Made by a program: the position numbers and the translations under genes. From Candidatus Saccharimonadota bacterium (lineage in GTDB: Bacteria; Patescibacteriota; Saccharimonadia; Saccharimonadales; UBA4665), in assembly GCA_002952755.1 (NCBI GenBank), contig CP025011.1, positions 1,320,001 through 1,352,000 of the forward strand: a stretch of DNA of 32,000 nucleotides. Reading direction: 5' to 3'. This document shows positions 15,695-23,299 of this stretch, piece by piece (position 1 is the stretch's first letter; each line of letters begins with the position of its first letter). A model generated the notes under the pieces. The model did not search any database. It was not told the DNA's origin and saw nothing but the letters and a program-made list of their open reading frames with translations.

Positions 15695-16731
15695 TCGTTT
15701 CGCTCCGCAAGTCCGGCAGCAACACCGAAATGGTTAGAAACTGCCAGCAGTTCGTTCTGACGCTCCGGGGCGAATGACACATTACGCCAAGCGTTACCAA
15801 TCTCTACCTCTATGCCAAATTTATTGGCAAGATACAGGGGGAACTCTGGCAAAGCCGATGCCCCGCCGGTTACGATAATACGACTCACTGGAGCGTTCAC
15901 GTAACGGCTCTGGAAAAATTTGATCGACTTGTCTATTTCACTGGTAAGCATATCGACGGTGCTGATAATCGCTTCGTAGATTCTACCTTCCAGTTTGTCT
16001 TTCGCCATACCGAACTTGAACACAAATTGCCTGGCTTGTCTGTCGTCGATGTTCAGGTTCTGGGCGGCGGAGCGAACAATTGCTTCGGCTCCGGTCGGAA
16101 TGGAACGCGTCAACCGGGGTGCGCCGTTCATGGTTACGACAAGATCAGTACTCTTGCTGCCGATATCCAGAACCATTTGTGGTTGAAAATTATCGCCAGG
16201 GATTAAAGCTCGGGTGAGTGCTAAATTATCGGGTTCGAAAGCAACGACATCCAAACCGATCGACTCGAGCAGGTCAAGACGCTGCTCGACAAAATCATTC
16301 TCGACACTACTAAGTAGTACTTCAACTTTCGTTTTATCTTTGGGGGAATCGCCAATCACGGCATAGTCAATCTTGGACTTGTCCAGAGGTGTAGGAATCA
16401 GCGAATCAGCCTGATAACGGATGGCTTTGTTCAATTCATTGGCAGGCAGGCGCTCGAAGTCAACCACTGCAGTAAACACACGTTGGGACGGCACGCCAAC
16501 GGCAACATTTTTAGTATTTAGGTGCGCTTGGTCGATGAGCTCCTTAATGACTTGGGCCAGGCGCTGTTGGTCAGTCTTGGAATCGCTCAGAACAATTTTG
16601 CTGTCTACAGGGACATACGCGTAGCGGACCAGACTCTTAACCTGTCCACTGCCATGCAGCTGAACGGCTCGGATCGCGGTCGTGCCAATGTCCAGGCCGA
16701 AGAATGACGATACGCCAGATAATAGACTCAT
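15691..16731 (-). CDS. pilM: PilM, actin-like ATPase-fold pilus assembly protein
   Basis: 346 aa. It has the N-terminal FGLDIGTTAIRAVQL phosphate-1-type motif and a later VLDIGSKSTD motif. It occupies the first position of pilMNO. Confidence 0.88.
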   Translation of the reverse strand: MSLLSGVSSFFGLDIGTTAIRAVQLHGSGQVKSLVRYAYVPVDSKIVLSDSKTDQQRLAQVIKELIDQAHLNTKNVAVGVPSQRVFTAVVDFERLPANELNKAIRYQADSLIPTPLDKSKIDYAVIGDSPKDKTKVEVLLSSVENDFVEQRLDLLESIGLDVVAFEPDNLALTRALIPGDNFQPQMVLDIGSKSTDLVVTMNGAPRLTRSIPTGAEAIVRSAAQNLNIDDRQARQFVFKFGMAKDKLEGRIYEAIISTVDMLTSEIDKSIKFFQSRYVNAPVSRIIVTGGASALPEFPLYLANKFGIEVEIGNAWRNVSFAPERQNELLAVSNHFGVAAGLAERNE

Positions 16732-16739
16732 TTGATCTG

Positions 16740-16769
16740 ATTATACATAAGCACTACGCCTGTACGCAA
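16740..16769 (-). promoter_or_regulatory. Promoter candidate for pilM: TTGCGT-N18-TATAAT, with the -10 only 8 nt from the ATG
   Basis: Read on the minus strand in the 47-nt gap. The -35 is at 16769-16764 and the -10 at 16745-16740. TG lies immediately 5' of the -10. Confidence 0.35.
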
Positions 16770-16778
16770 GGCCTCTAT

Positions 16779-17732
16779 TTAGAGAATAGGGGGCAGACTG
16801 GTAATTGCATCGTAGTCCACGCTTGTTGGACCAGATGTTGGCTGGGGAATCCAGAATGCTGGACCGTAGTTGAAGACTTCGCCAATATTAGGGCTCCCGC
16901 TCGACTCACCAGTGCTGCTGGTGCCAACCGTGCCGTTCGTACGTAAAAGCTGCACCTGTTGAGCAACGAAGGCGCCGTTCACTGTTAGCTTATTATTACA
17001 ACTGGTAAAGAAATTGGGACTGGTGGGTGCTACGGGCGTCTGGCCTGCTGCACAGGTGTAGATAGTACCTCCTTGAGCAATATATGTGCCGTCGAGCTGT
17101 GTCACACCGCCATCAATATAGATATTGCCTTTAGCAACAATCTCAAGCAAAGGTATCTTATCTACGGTCCAACTGCCTAAGTAGGTTATTTTACCGTTGA
17201 TAATGACATCGCCATTTACATAGATGATTACTTTTTGACCAGCTGCTAACGTGTCGTTGCCAAATGTTACTGGACCAGATGCTGTATATGGACCATTTAA
17301 GGAAGCGAGCGGATGAGAGGCCGGCAAAACCGCACCGCTTGGCGTGCCGTAATAGTTGGCCATACATGGCAGGGTACCAAGGTTGCCGCCGAAGCTGCTT
17401 GGTAGTGCAGTAGATGTGTTAGCAAATGCTAGTCCACTCGGGGTAGACACAGCGCTAGCCGCGTTGCCCAGGTTGGTAGCAACATCGTAGATTTTATCGA
17501 GTGCCAGGGCAGCATATTGCACACCTGCTCCGCCGTAGCCGCCACCCGCTTCTCTGTTCCAGCCCACAATACCAGCCTTTACCACTGTGCTACAGCTGGT
17601 GGGCTGGGGGTTACCGGCGGAAATATCCCCTCCGTAAGTACGGAAGTAAGGTTTAGCTGCAACAAATACGCAGTCCTCCGCACCGGCCGTACCACCCCCG
17701 AGCGATATTGGATTAATGTACAATGACCGGCA
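16779..17732. repeat. Copy A of a duplicated segment of about 0.95 kb (the C-terminal module of the large secreted proteins)
   Basis: It aligns with 19525-20487. There is a 50-nt perfect identity run at 17494-17543 = 20249-20298, plus further long identical runs such as TTGACCAGCTGCTAACGTGTCGTT. Confidence 0.9.
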
Positions 17733-19007
17733 AATAGTGGTATTTGCGGTTGTTGCCGTGACTGTTTCGGTCGCAATAGTTGGGTTGCTAAAGGGGCCGA
17801 CCACGATAGGACACGATGTTCCAGGCCCCGGTCCAGCAAGCACCTCCCCGCCACCAACTGGCGGATGGCGGCCGCCAAACGTCTGTGCGTAGGTCGTGCA
17901 GTTTGTCGGATCACTTGCGCCGCTTGTTGGATTGCTAATGATGTAATTAAAGGTAATCGAATCGCCTGGCTCTACGACGTTACCAGGTGGCGAATGGCTG
18001 ACAATGGGCTGCAGGTTGAATGCCGCCCGCGGTATATATTGATACTGTAAGTTGTAGCATACGCCGGCGGCGCGTCCGCCCGGATCTACGGTGTCGAAGA
18101 TCCCTTTGTCGGCCACCATTACACCCAGCCAGTTCGTTCCTGCGTTGAGGAAGCTCTTCACCGCTGTCAGGTCCAACGACACTTCGCCAACTGTAGATGT
18201 CGAATATGCCCCTACTGCTCTGCCGTTCACATAGACTTGCAGCCAGTCGTCGGCATATGCCTGGAAATACAAATGAGTCGTGCCCTGCCCTAGCCGGGTT
18301 ATATCCGTAGCGCTCAAATTGAAACTATCCCGCATGAGCGTTACCCCATTCGAGTAAAGCTTGGTTGACTGCGCAGTGCCGCCCGGATATTGATCAAAGT
18401 ACAACCCTTTCACCCATGCACCGCCTATATCGCCGGCAGTTTGCGTTAGATAAAACTGATCACTGTTATCCGGACCTGGCGCGCCCCAAACAGCCCGAGC
18501 ATTGCCGCCTATAAGCGACCCGTTTGAGCATCCGGCCATTACATTAGACCACGACCCGTAAGCCCCATGCCAGGCCGGGGCTGGGAGGCCTGTCGCCCAA
18601 AGGCCTTGCGCATCCGGATGAATCCACGCGCCGCCGCTCACGACTCCATCGCTGGCATTGGTACCAGCATCCACATAGCGATCGAAGCAGTTTGAGCTGA
18701 GATTCATTACGTCACCGCTGTAAGGGCCATACTGCGGTTGCCAAGGCAGAGCCTTATAGCCAGTAGCATTTGGTGGACAACCATCACTGCGTTTTGGCCA
18801 GTTGAGTTGATTTTTGGGGATATTTCCATAGCCACGCAAGCTATACCAGCGCGTTTGGAGTGAACCCGACGAGCTAGTAACCATATTCTGAATGACGGTT
18901 GCCGCTGACGCCGATCGCGCGGGCAACATAACCGATAAAGCCGACAGCAGCCCTATTATTGATACGAAGGCTACCATCGACCGCGTTGTTCTACATTTAA
19001 AGATCAT
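16779..19007 (-). CDS. Large secreted protein, paralog A: signal peptide, lectin-like jelly-roll head, Ig-like domain and conserved C-terminal module (putative adhesin)
   Basis: 742 aa. The signal peptide is MIFKCRTTRSMVAFVSIIGLLSALSVMLPARSASA/AT. The head contains LYFQAYADDWLQVYVNGRAVG...LNAGTNWLGVMVAD. Residues 426-742 are highly similar to residues 343-662 of the 19525-21513 product. The protein ends ITSLPPIL. Confidence 0.85.
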   Translation of the reverse strand: MIFKCRTTRSMVAFVSIIGLLSALSVMLPARSASAATVIQNMVTSSSGSLQTRWYSLRGYGNIPKNQLNWPKRSDGCPPNATGYKALPWQPQYGPYSGDVMNLSSNCFDRYVDAGTNASDGVVSGGAWIHPDAQGLWATGLPAPAWHGAYGSWSNVMAGCSNGSLIGGNARAVWGAPGPDNSDQFYLTQTAGDIGGAWVKGLYFDQYPGGTAQSTKLYSNGVTLMRDSFNLSATDITRLGQGTTHLYFQAYADDWLQVYVNGRAVGAYSTSTVGEVSLDLTAVKSFLNAGTNWLGVMVADKGIFDTVDPGGRAAGVCYNLQYQYIPRAAFNLQPIVSHSPPGNVVEPGDSITFNYIISNPTSGASDPTNCTTYAQTFGGRHPPVGGGEVLAGPGPGTSCPIVVGPFSNPTIATETVTATTANTTICRSLYINPISLGGGTAGAEDCVFVAAKPYFRTYGGDISAGNPQPTSCSTVVKAGIVGWNREAGGGYGGAGVQYAALALDKIYDVATNLGNAASAVSTPSGLAFANTSTALPSSFGGNLGTLPCMANYYGTPSGAVLPASHPLASLNGPYTASGPVTFGNDTLAAGQKVIIYVNGDVIINGKITYLGSWTVDKIPLLEIVAKGNIYIDGGVTQLDGTYIAQGGTIYTCAAGQTPVAPTSPNFFTSCNNKLTVNGAFVAQQVQLLRTNGTVGTSSTGESSGSPNIGEVFNYGPAFWIPQPTSGPTSVDYDAITSLPPIL

Positions 19008-19467
19008 AAGCTACCGTTAGTACATGGTTCGTTTTCGAATTATAAGACAGATTGGCGTGCGTCCCTGCCTTTAAACCGCTGGCGGTGGCTGTTGCATAGG
19101 TAGCTCCCTTGGTATATGTAGTTGCGGACGTAACAGTCAAAGTAACGGGTTGGTCCAAGCCATTTGCTAGAAATTTCATGGTTGTACCATCGAACGATTG
19201 TACTAGTCCTCCTAATGCCACGGTTTCGTGTGCTTCGTCTATCTGTTGCTGTGTTATAGCCGGATACACGGGGTGATCAAGCGATTTTTCGATCTTAGCG
19301 ATTTTAGCAGCAAGCTCTTTGGATTGCTGATGCCTATGCCACTGCCATCCCCCGAGGCCGCCGGCTATTCCGAGTACGATTACCACGCCAGCCGCAATTC
19401 GAAACTGCTTGGTCCTCCACCAATTATGACGCGGCTTAAAGCTACCTTGGATTATTGTTTCTGTCAT
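18997..19467 (-). CDS. Small single-pass anchor protein, partner of paralog A
   Basis: 156 aa. The N-terminus ...NWWRTKQFRIAAGVVIVLGIAGGLGGWQWHRH contains one TM segment. The ectodomain is T/A-rich and beta-like. It overlaps the 742-aa gene by 11 nt. Its N-terminal 45 aa or so are paralogous to the 21510-22049 product. Confidence 0.7.
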   Translation of the reverse strand: MTETIIQGSFKPRHNWWRTKQFRIAAGVVIVLGIAGGLGGWQWHRHQQSKELAAKIAKIEKSLDHPVYPAITQQQIDEAHETVALGGLVQSFDGTTMKFLANGLDQPVTLTVTSATTYTKGATYATATASGLKAGTHANLSYNSKTNHVLTVAYDL

Positions 19468-19524
19468 ACCTGTCTACACCAATAATAAAACAAAAGCGGC
19501 TTGATTTGAACTCTTCGTGTGACT

Positions 19525-20487
19525 TTATAGAATGGGCGGCAAACTTGTGATCGAGTCGTAATCTGTACTTGTGGGCCCCAAAGTAGGCTGTGGAATCCAA
19601 AAAGCCGGACCATAATTGAATGTTTCGCTGATATTTGTACTTGTATTGGGTTCTGTGGCGCTACTTCCCCCAAGGCTGCCGTTGGTACGCAACAGCTGCA
19701 CTTGCTGAGCAATAAACGCGCCATTTACGACTAGCCTGTTGTTGCAGCTCGAAAAGAAACTGGAACTACTAGGCGCAACCGGCGTTGTTCCTGCTGCACA
19801 GGTATAAATGGTGCCCCCCTGTGCAATATACGTGCCATCGAGCTGCTTTACTCCACCATCAATATAGATGTTACCTTTGGCTATAACCTCCAGCAGGGGT
19901 ATCTTATTCACCGTCCAGTTACTCAAGTACGTAATATTGCCATTGATAACTACGTCTCCATTCACATATATGATCGTCTTTTGACCAGCTGCTAACGTGT
20001 CGTTACCAAATGTTACGGGGCCAGTAGCGACGTATGGACCGTTTAAGGATGCGAGCGGATGAGAGGCCGGCAAACCAGTGCCGCTTGGCGTCCCGTAGTA
20101 GTCTGGCATGCATGGCAGCACCGGGCTGGCGCCGAAGTTGCCGCCAAAACTGCCCGGGGCAGATGTTGCAGTATTGGCGAAGGCCAGGCCGCTCGGTGCA
20201 CTTACAGCGCTTGACGCATTCCCTAAGTTGGTGGCCACATCGTAAATCTTATCGAGTGCCAGGGCAGCATATTGCACACCTGCTCCGCCGTAGCCGCCTG
20301 CGGCCTCGGTGTTCCACCCCACAATGCCCGCTTTTATGGCTGAGCCACAACTCCCAGGTTGCGGGTTGCCTGCTGAAAGATCGCCACCATACACGCGGAA
20401 ATAGGGCCTGGCAGTGACATACACGCACGCCTCGTACCCCAGCGGACCGCCCGATGGCTTGCTGGGATTAACGTACAATGATCTACA
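19525..20487. repeat. Copy B of the duplicated segment of about 0.95 kb
   Basis: See copy A. The offset between the copies changes by 9 nt along the alignment, which corresponds to three codon indels. Confidence 0.9.
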
Positions 20488-21513
20488 AACCGAGCTGTTA
20501 GCCGGCACGTTATTTACTGTTTCGTTTCCTAGATTTGTTGTGCCAGGACTAAAAGTACCAGTGCAGGCAGGCCCAACGGGCGTCCCCCCGCTGCTGTCGG
20601 CTGGGCTCGGGATAGTGTGAAAACCAGGAAATATATTGGCGTACATGTTGCAGGCGATGCCTGTTGCTGTACTCGGCGTACTATTAGAAACGCTGTAGCC
20701 AAAAGTAATAGAGCTACCGGCATCAACGTAGCTGCTATTTGGAAGAGGGCCGCCATTCTGAGAAATAGTTATGCTGGGCGTTACATTATAGCTCGGCACG
20801 GCGGCAGGCTTGCTGAGCGGCTTTATGGTACCCATGGGATTTAAGCAAAGGCGCCGGGCCTTCCACAAAAGATTCCCGCTTTTATCAAAAAACTCGATGT
20901 GGTCGTACCGTGCTGTAGCGCTGCCACATCCTCCGGTGGTATTGCCAGGGCTAATAATAAAAGGGGCAATATCGTTACGATTTACCTGGTAAATTGAGTT
21001 GTAGTCGCCGCAGTGCATATAGTCGCTATGGAACCAGTCGATGTGACCGTTCTGACCGAACGATTGGCTGCCGTTTTCGCTGGCATTAGCATAGCTCTTT
21101 ACACGACCTTCAAAGTCGAGGATCTGTGCGGCAGTGACTGTCCTCGCAGCTCCCGTGCTAAGTGGCGGTGCGGGGAGCGGCGCGCCTATTACGATACGAA
21201 TGACAAACGCACCTTCAGTGATGCGCTGTCTGTTGCCCGACTTGTAATCGCCCTCAATCATAGTAATAAAAGCTTGCGCCGTATTGACGCTGGCGGGCAC
21301 GCCGGCGGCGCGGACATTGGGACCGAAGTCTTCGTAGGTGTTCGAAAAATAACCGCACCACTCATTGCGGCCAAACATAATGGGCGGCGGTTTACACGTC
21401 CCTACCGTTCCGGCCGCGGCGTTCTGCGCAAGCGATGGCAGCGCGACTCCTAAGGCCGAGACGGCAACAAGGGCAGCCACCAAAAAAACAAGTAGACGGC
21501 GCACGTATTTCAT
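19525..21513 (-). CDS. Large secreted protein, paralog B: signal peptide, unrelated Cys-containing head, Ig-like domain and conserved C-terminal module (putative adhesin)
   Basis: 662 aa. The signal peptide is MKYVRRLLVFLVAALVAVSALGVALPSLA/QN. The head (about aa 31-240) has no similarity to paralog A. From CRSLYVNP onward it is near-identical to paralog A. It ends ITSLPPIL. Confidence 0.85.
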   Translation of the reverse strand: MKYVRRLLVFLVAALVAVSALGVALPSLAQNAAAGTVGTCKPPPIMFGRNEWCGYFSNTYEDFGPNVRAAGVPASVNTAQAFITMIEGDYKSGNRQRITEGAFVIRIVIGAPLPAPPLSTGAARTVTAAQILDFEGRVKSYANASENGSQSFGQNGHIDWFHSDYMHCGDYNSIYQVNRNDIAPFIISPGNTTGGCGSATARYDHIEFFDKSGNLLWKARRLCLNPMGTIKPLSKPAAVPSYNVTPSITISQNGGPLPNSSYVDAGSSITFGYSVSNSTPSTATGIACNMYANIFPGFHTIPSPADSSGGTPVGPACTGTFSPGTTNLGNETVNNVPANSSVCRSLYVNPSKPSGGPLGYEACVYVTARPYFRVYGGDLSAGNPQPGSCGSAIKAGIVGWNTEAAGGYGGAGVQYAALALDKIYDVATNLGNASSAVSAPSGLAFANTATSAPGSFGGNFGASPVLPCMPDYYGTPSGTGLPASHPLASLNGPYVATGPVTFGNDTLAAGQKTIIYVNGDVVINGNITYLSNWTVNKIPLLEVIAKGNIYIDGGVKQLDGTYIAQGGTIYTCAAGTTPVAPSSSSFFSSCNNRLVVNGAFIAQQVQLLRTNGSLGGSSATEPNTSTNISETFNYGPAFWIPQPTLGPTSTDYDSITSLPPIL

Positions 21514-22049
21514 TGCTGCTCCAGTTCATCGATGCTCGCTTGAATGGCAGCGGCGTCATTTCCCGTTTGGCCATGCTGGATTTTAGCGTAAGCTAGCGCA
21601 ATCTTATACTCGGCGAGCGCCTGGTCTTTCTTGCCTAGTCGCTCGTAAATTGTGCCTATAGCGTATGCATCCGGTTTGGCAGTGGAGGGATCCGCCTGAT
21701 GTTTCAAATCATAATAATGAAGTGCGTCGGCTAGCTTATTCGCGCCAAGCGCGGCTTGCGCCTGTCCTTGATATACTTGGGCCTTTTGCTTGCCACTGGT
21801 AGCTAGTGCGGCCATCCCGCCAAGCAAGTTGATAGCATTCACGTCATCACCTCTGTTGTAGGCATCTGTTGACTGGGCGATCGCGGCATTTACTTGCTTG
21901 GTGTGCTGGGTAGTAACCGCGTGATTATGCCAATGCACCCCACCCCCTACTAATGCAACTACAAAAACCGCGGCGATACCAAGATTGCGCGTCGTAAACC
22001 ACCCCTTATATTGGACGGGATTCAGTTGTCCTACTACTGGTTTATCCAT
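21510..22049 (-). CDS. Small single-pass anchor protein with TPR-like ectodomain, partner of paralog B
   Basis: 179 aa. The N-terminus ...GWFTTRNLGIAAVFVVALVGGGVHWHNH contains one TM segment. The helical repeats ALHYYDLKHQADPS...AIGTIYERLGKKDQALAEYKIALAYA are TPR-like. It has an ATGA overlap with the 662-aa gene. Confidence 0.7.
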   Translation of the reverse strand: MDKPVVGQLNPVQYKGWFTTRNLGIAAVFVVALVGGGVHWHNHAVTTQHTKQVNAAIAQSTDAYNRGDDVNAINLLGGMAALATSGKQKAQVYQGQAQAALGANKLADALHYYDLKHQADPSTAKPDAYAIGTIYERLGKKDQALAEYKIALAYAKIQHGQTGNDAAAIQASIDELEQQ

Positions 22050-22062
22050 AAACCTTATGGTT

Positions 22063-22091
22063 ATAATACTCTCCCTCTGCCTCTGTGTTAA
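22063..22091 (-). promoter_or_regulatory. Promoter candidate for the anchor/adhesin genes: TTAACA-N17-TATTAT, with the -10 13 nt from the ATG at 22049
   Basis: Read on the minus strand in the AT-rich 148-nt divergent intergenic region. Confidence 0.3.
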
Positions 22092-22131
22092 GACTACATA
22101 AGATCAATTCTATATGCATCTGGATATGGAA

Positions 22132-22160
22132 TTGACTGTCCAGCAATAAAGTGCTAATGT
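22132..22160 (+). promoter_or_regulatory. Promoter candidate for the 22198-24988 gene pair: TTGACT-N17-TAATGT
   Basis: Read directly. A leader of about 30 nt contains AAAGG about 11 nt upstream of the ATG at 22198. Confidence 0.4.
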
Positions 22161-22197
22161 AATTAGTAGCACTACAAAAATAAAGGTAGCAATAAAG

Positions 22198-23289
22198 ATG
22201 GCAGTTACGTACGCCGAAGCCCCAACGCAATCACCAGCAAATCCCGTTGATGCACTGCTCGCGGCAGAGTTCAGTGAAACAGCGTTATGGCGCGAGAATC
22301 GCGACGTGCCCGAGACAATACGTCGTATAGACCAGAGGGGTTATGAGCAGGCCATGCCAGCGATCGCTGCAGTATACGGAGCACGCGTCGTAAACTCTCA
22401 GGAGCGCACTTTTGGCCAACGTGTGCAAGTAGAGATGGCGAGCCTGGGAACTATGATAAAAATCCAGAAACGTCTCAGTGAAACCGTTTTGGCGGGTGAG
22501 CATATCCACACCTCCGTGCTGGTAGACCCACCAGAGCCCGCTTTAGCTGAAAAATCCGTTGCGAATAATACAGTCTGGCTAGAAACAATCGACGACGAAC
22601 ATTGGGGGGTGATGTATAGCGGAGAGGTAGGTTTGGGTGATCACAAAATATACATTAAACACGACTATGCCGACGACCATACTGTTAATATGTCGCTAAT
22701 GCCCGGTGAGCTACAGGGTTTAATGTCGACTGCCGCCAAGTATGAGCTAGCCTGGCGTAAAGGATATTTACAAGGCAAGCATGGACAAATATATCATGGC
22801 AACGATAGCAACTCCCCCGCAGTCAATAGCTATCATGGCCTTACTGAGACTAGCGGTACCGCCAAACTCGACACTCTGAGTAATACGCCCGCATATGTAG
22901 AACTTCTGGGTTATATGATGGAGGGCGAGTCTGGCGAGTCGCAATTAGCAAAACTCACCACTATAATGGAGTCGGGTGTAATAAATGACTTAACCAATAG
23001 TGTAAGAATCCTACAGTCGCAGACGGCTGACCTGCTTAACTTTACCACCCTCCACGCTACTGGCCGCAGCACCACACCAGAGGCTATACAAAGTGCTGTG
23101 CAAGCCGTGTTAAAAGGCACAGCTCGCGTAGCTAATAAGCTCAATGGACGGCCTATTGAAGGTACCGGAGCTATTGAAGTCCTTACTCCTCCCCCCACTG
23201 AAGAGGGTGCCTACCAGGCAGTTACTCCCAAATCGTCGAGAAGGATACGCTTTCTAGGCGCCCTGGCAACATGGTTAAACCGACACTAG
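22198..23289 (+). CDS. Hypothetical cytoplasmic protein (no recognisable domain)
   Basis: The 363-aa ORF is long and uninterrupted, with no signal peptide or TM segment. It is followed 10 nt later by the next gene, which has a GGGAGA Shine-Dalgarno. Confidence 0.65.
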   Translation: MAVTYAEAPTQSPANPVDALLAAEFSETALWRENRDVPETIRRIDQRGYEQAMPAIAAVYGARVVNSQERTFGQRVQVEMASLGTMIKIQKRLSETVLAGEHIHTSVLVDPPEPALAEKSVANNTVWLETIDDEHWGVMYSGEVGLGDHKIYIKHDYADDHTVNMSLMPGELQGLMSTAAKYELAWRKGYLQGKHGQIYHGNDSNSPAVNSYHGLTETSGTAKLDTLSNTPAYVELLGYMMEGESGESQLAKLTTIMESGVINDLTNSVRILQSQTADLLNFTTLHATGRSTTPEAIQSAVQAVLKGTARVANKLNGRPIEGTGAIEVLTPPPTEEGAYQAVTPKSSRRIRFLGALATWLNRH

Positions 23290-23299
23290 GGAGAACACT

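Noticed and set aside
20034-21453. 127-aa, 68-aa, 75-aa and 146-aa ORFs overlapping the 662-aa gene
   Set aside because: They are antisense or off-frame shadows of a long ORF. Its reading frame is validated by paralogy at the protein level with the 742-aa gene.
16779-21513. The large secreted proteins as PilY1 or PilC-type tip adhesin homologs
   Set aside because: I see no beta-propeller-type repeats, no DxDxDGxxD calcium site and no vWA MIDAS motif. Only a functional analogy is proposed, not homology.
22042-22230. 62-aa minus-strand ORF in the AT-rich divergent region
   Set aside because: It spans the intergenic promoter region and overlaps the starts of both flanking genes. It is low-complexity and AT-driven, and is more plausibly regulatory DNA.
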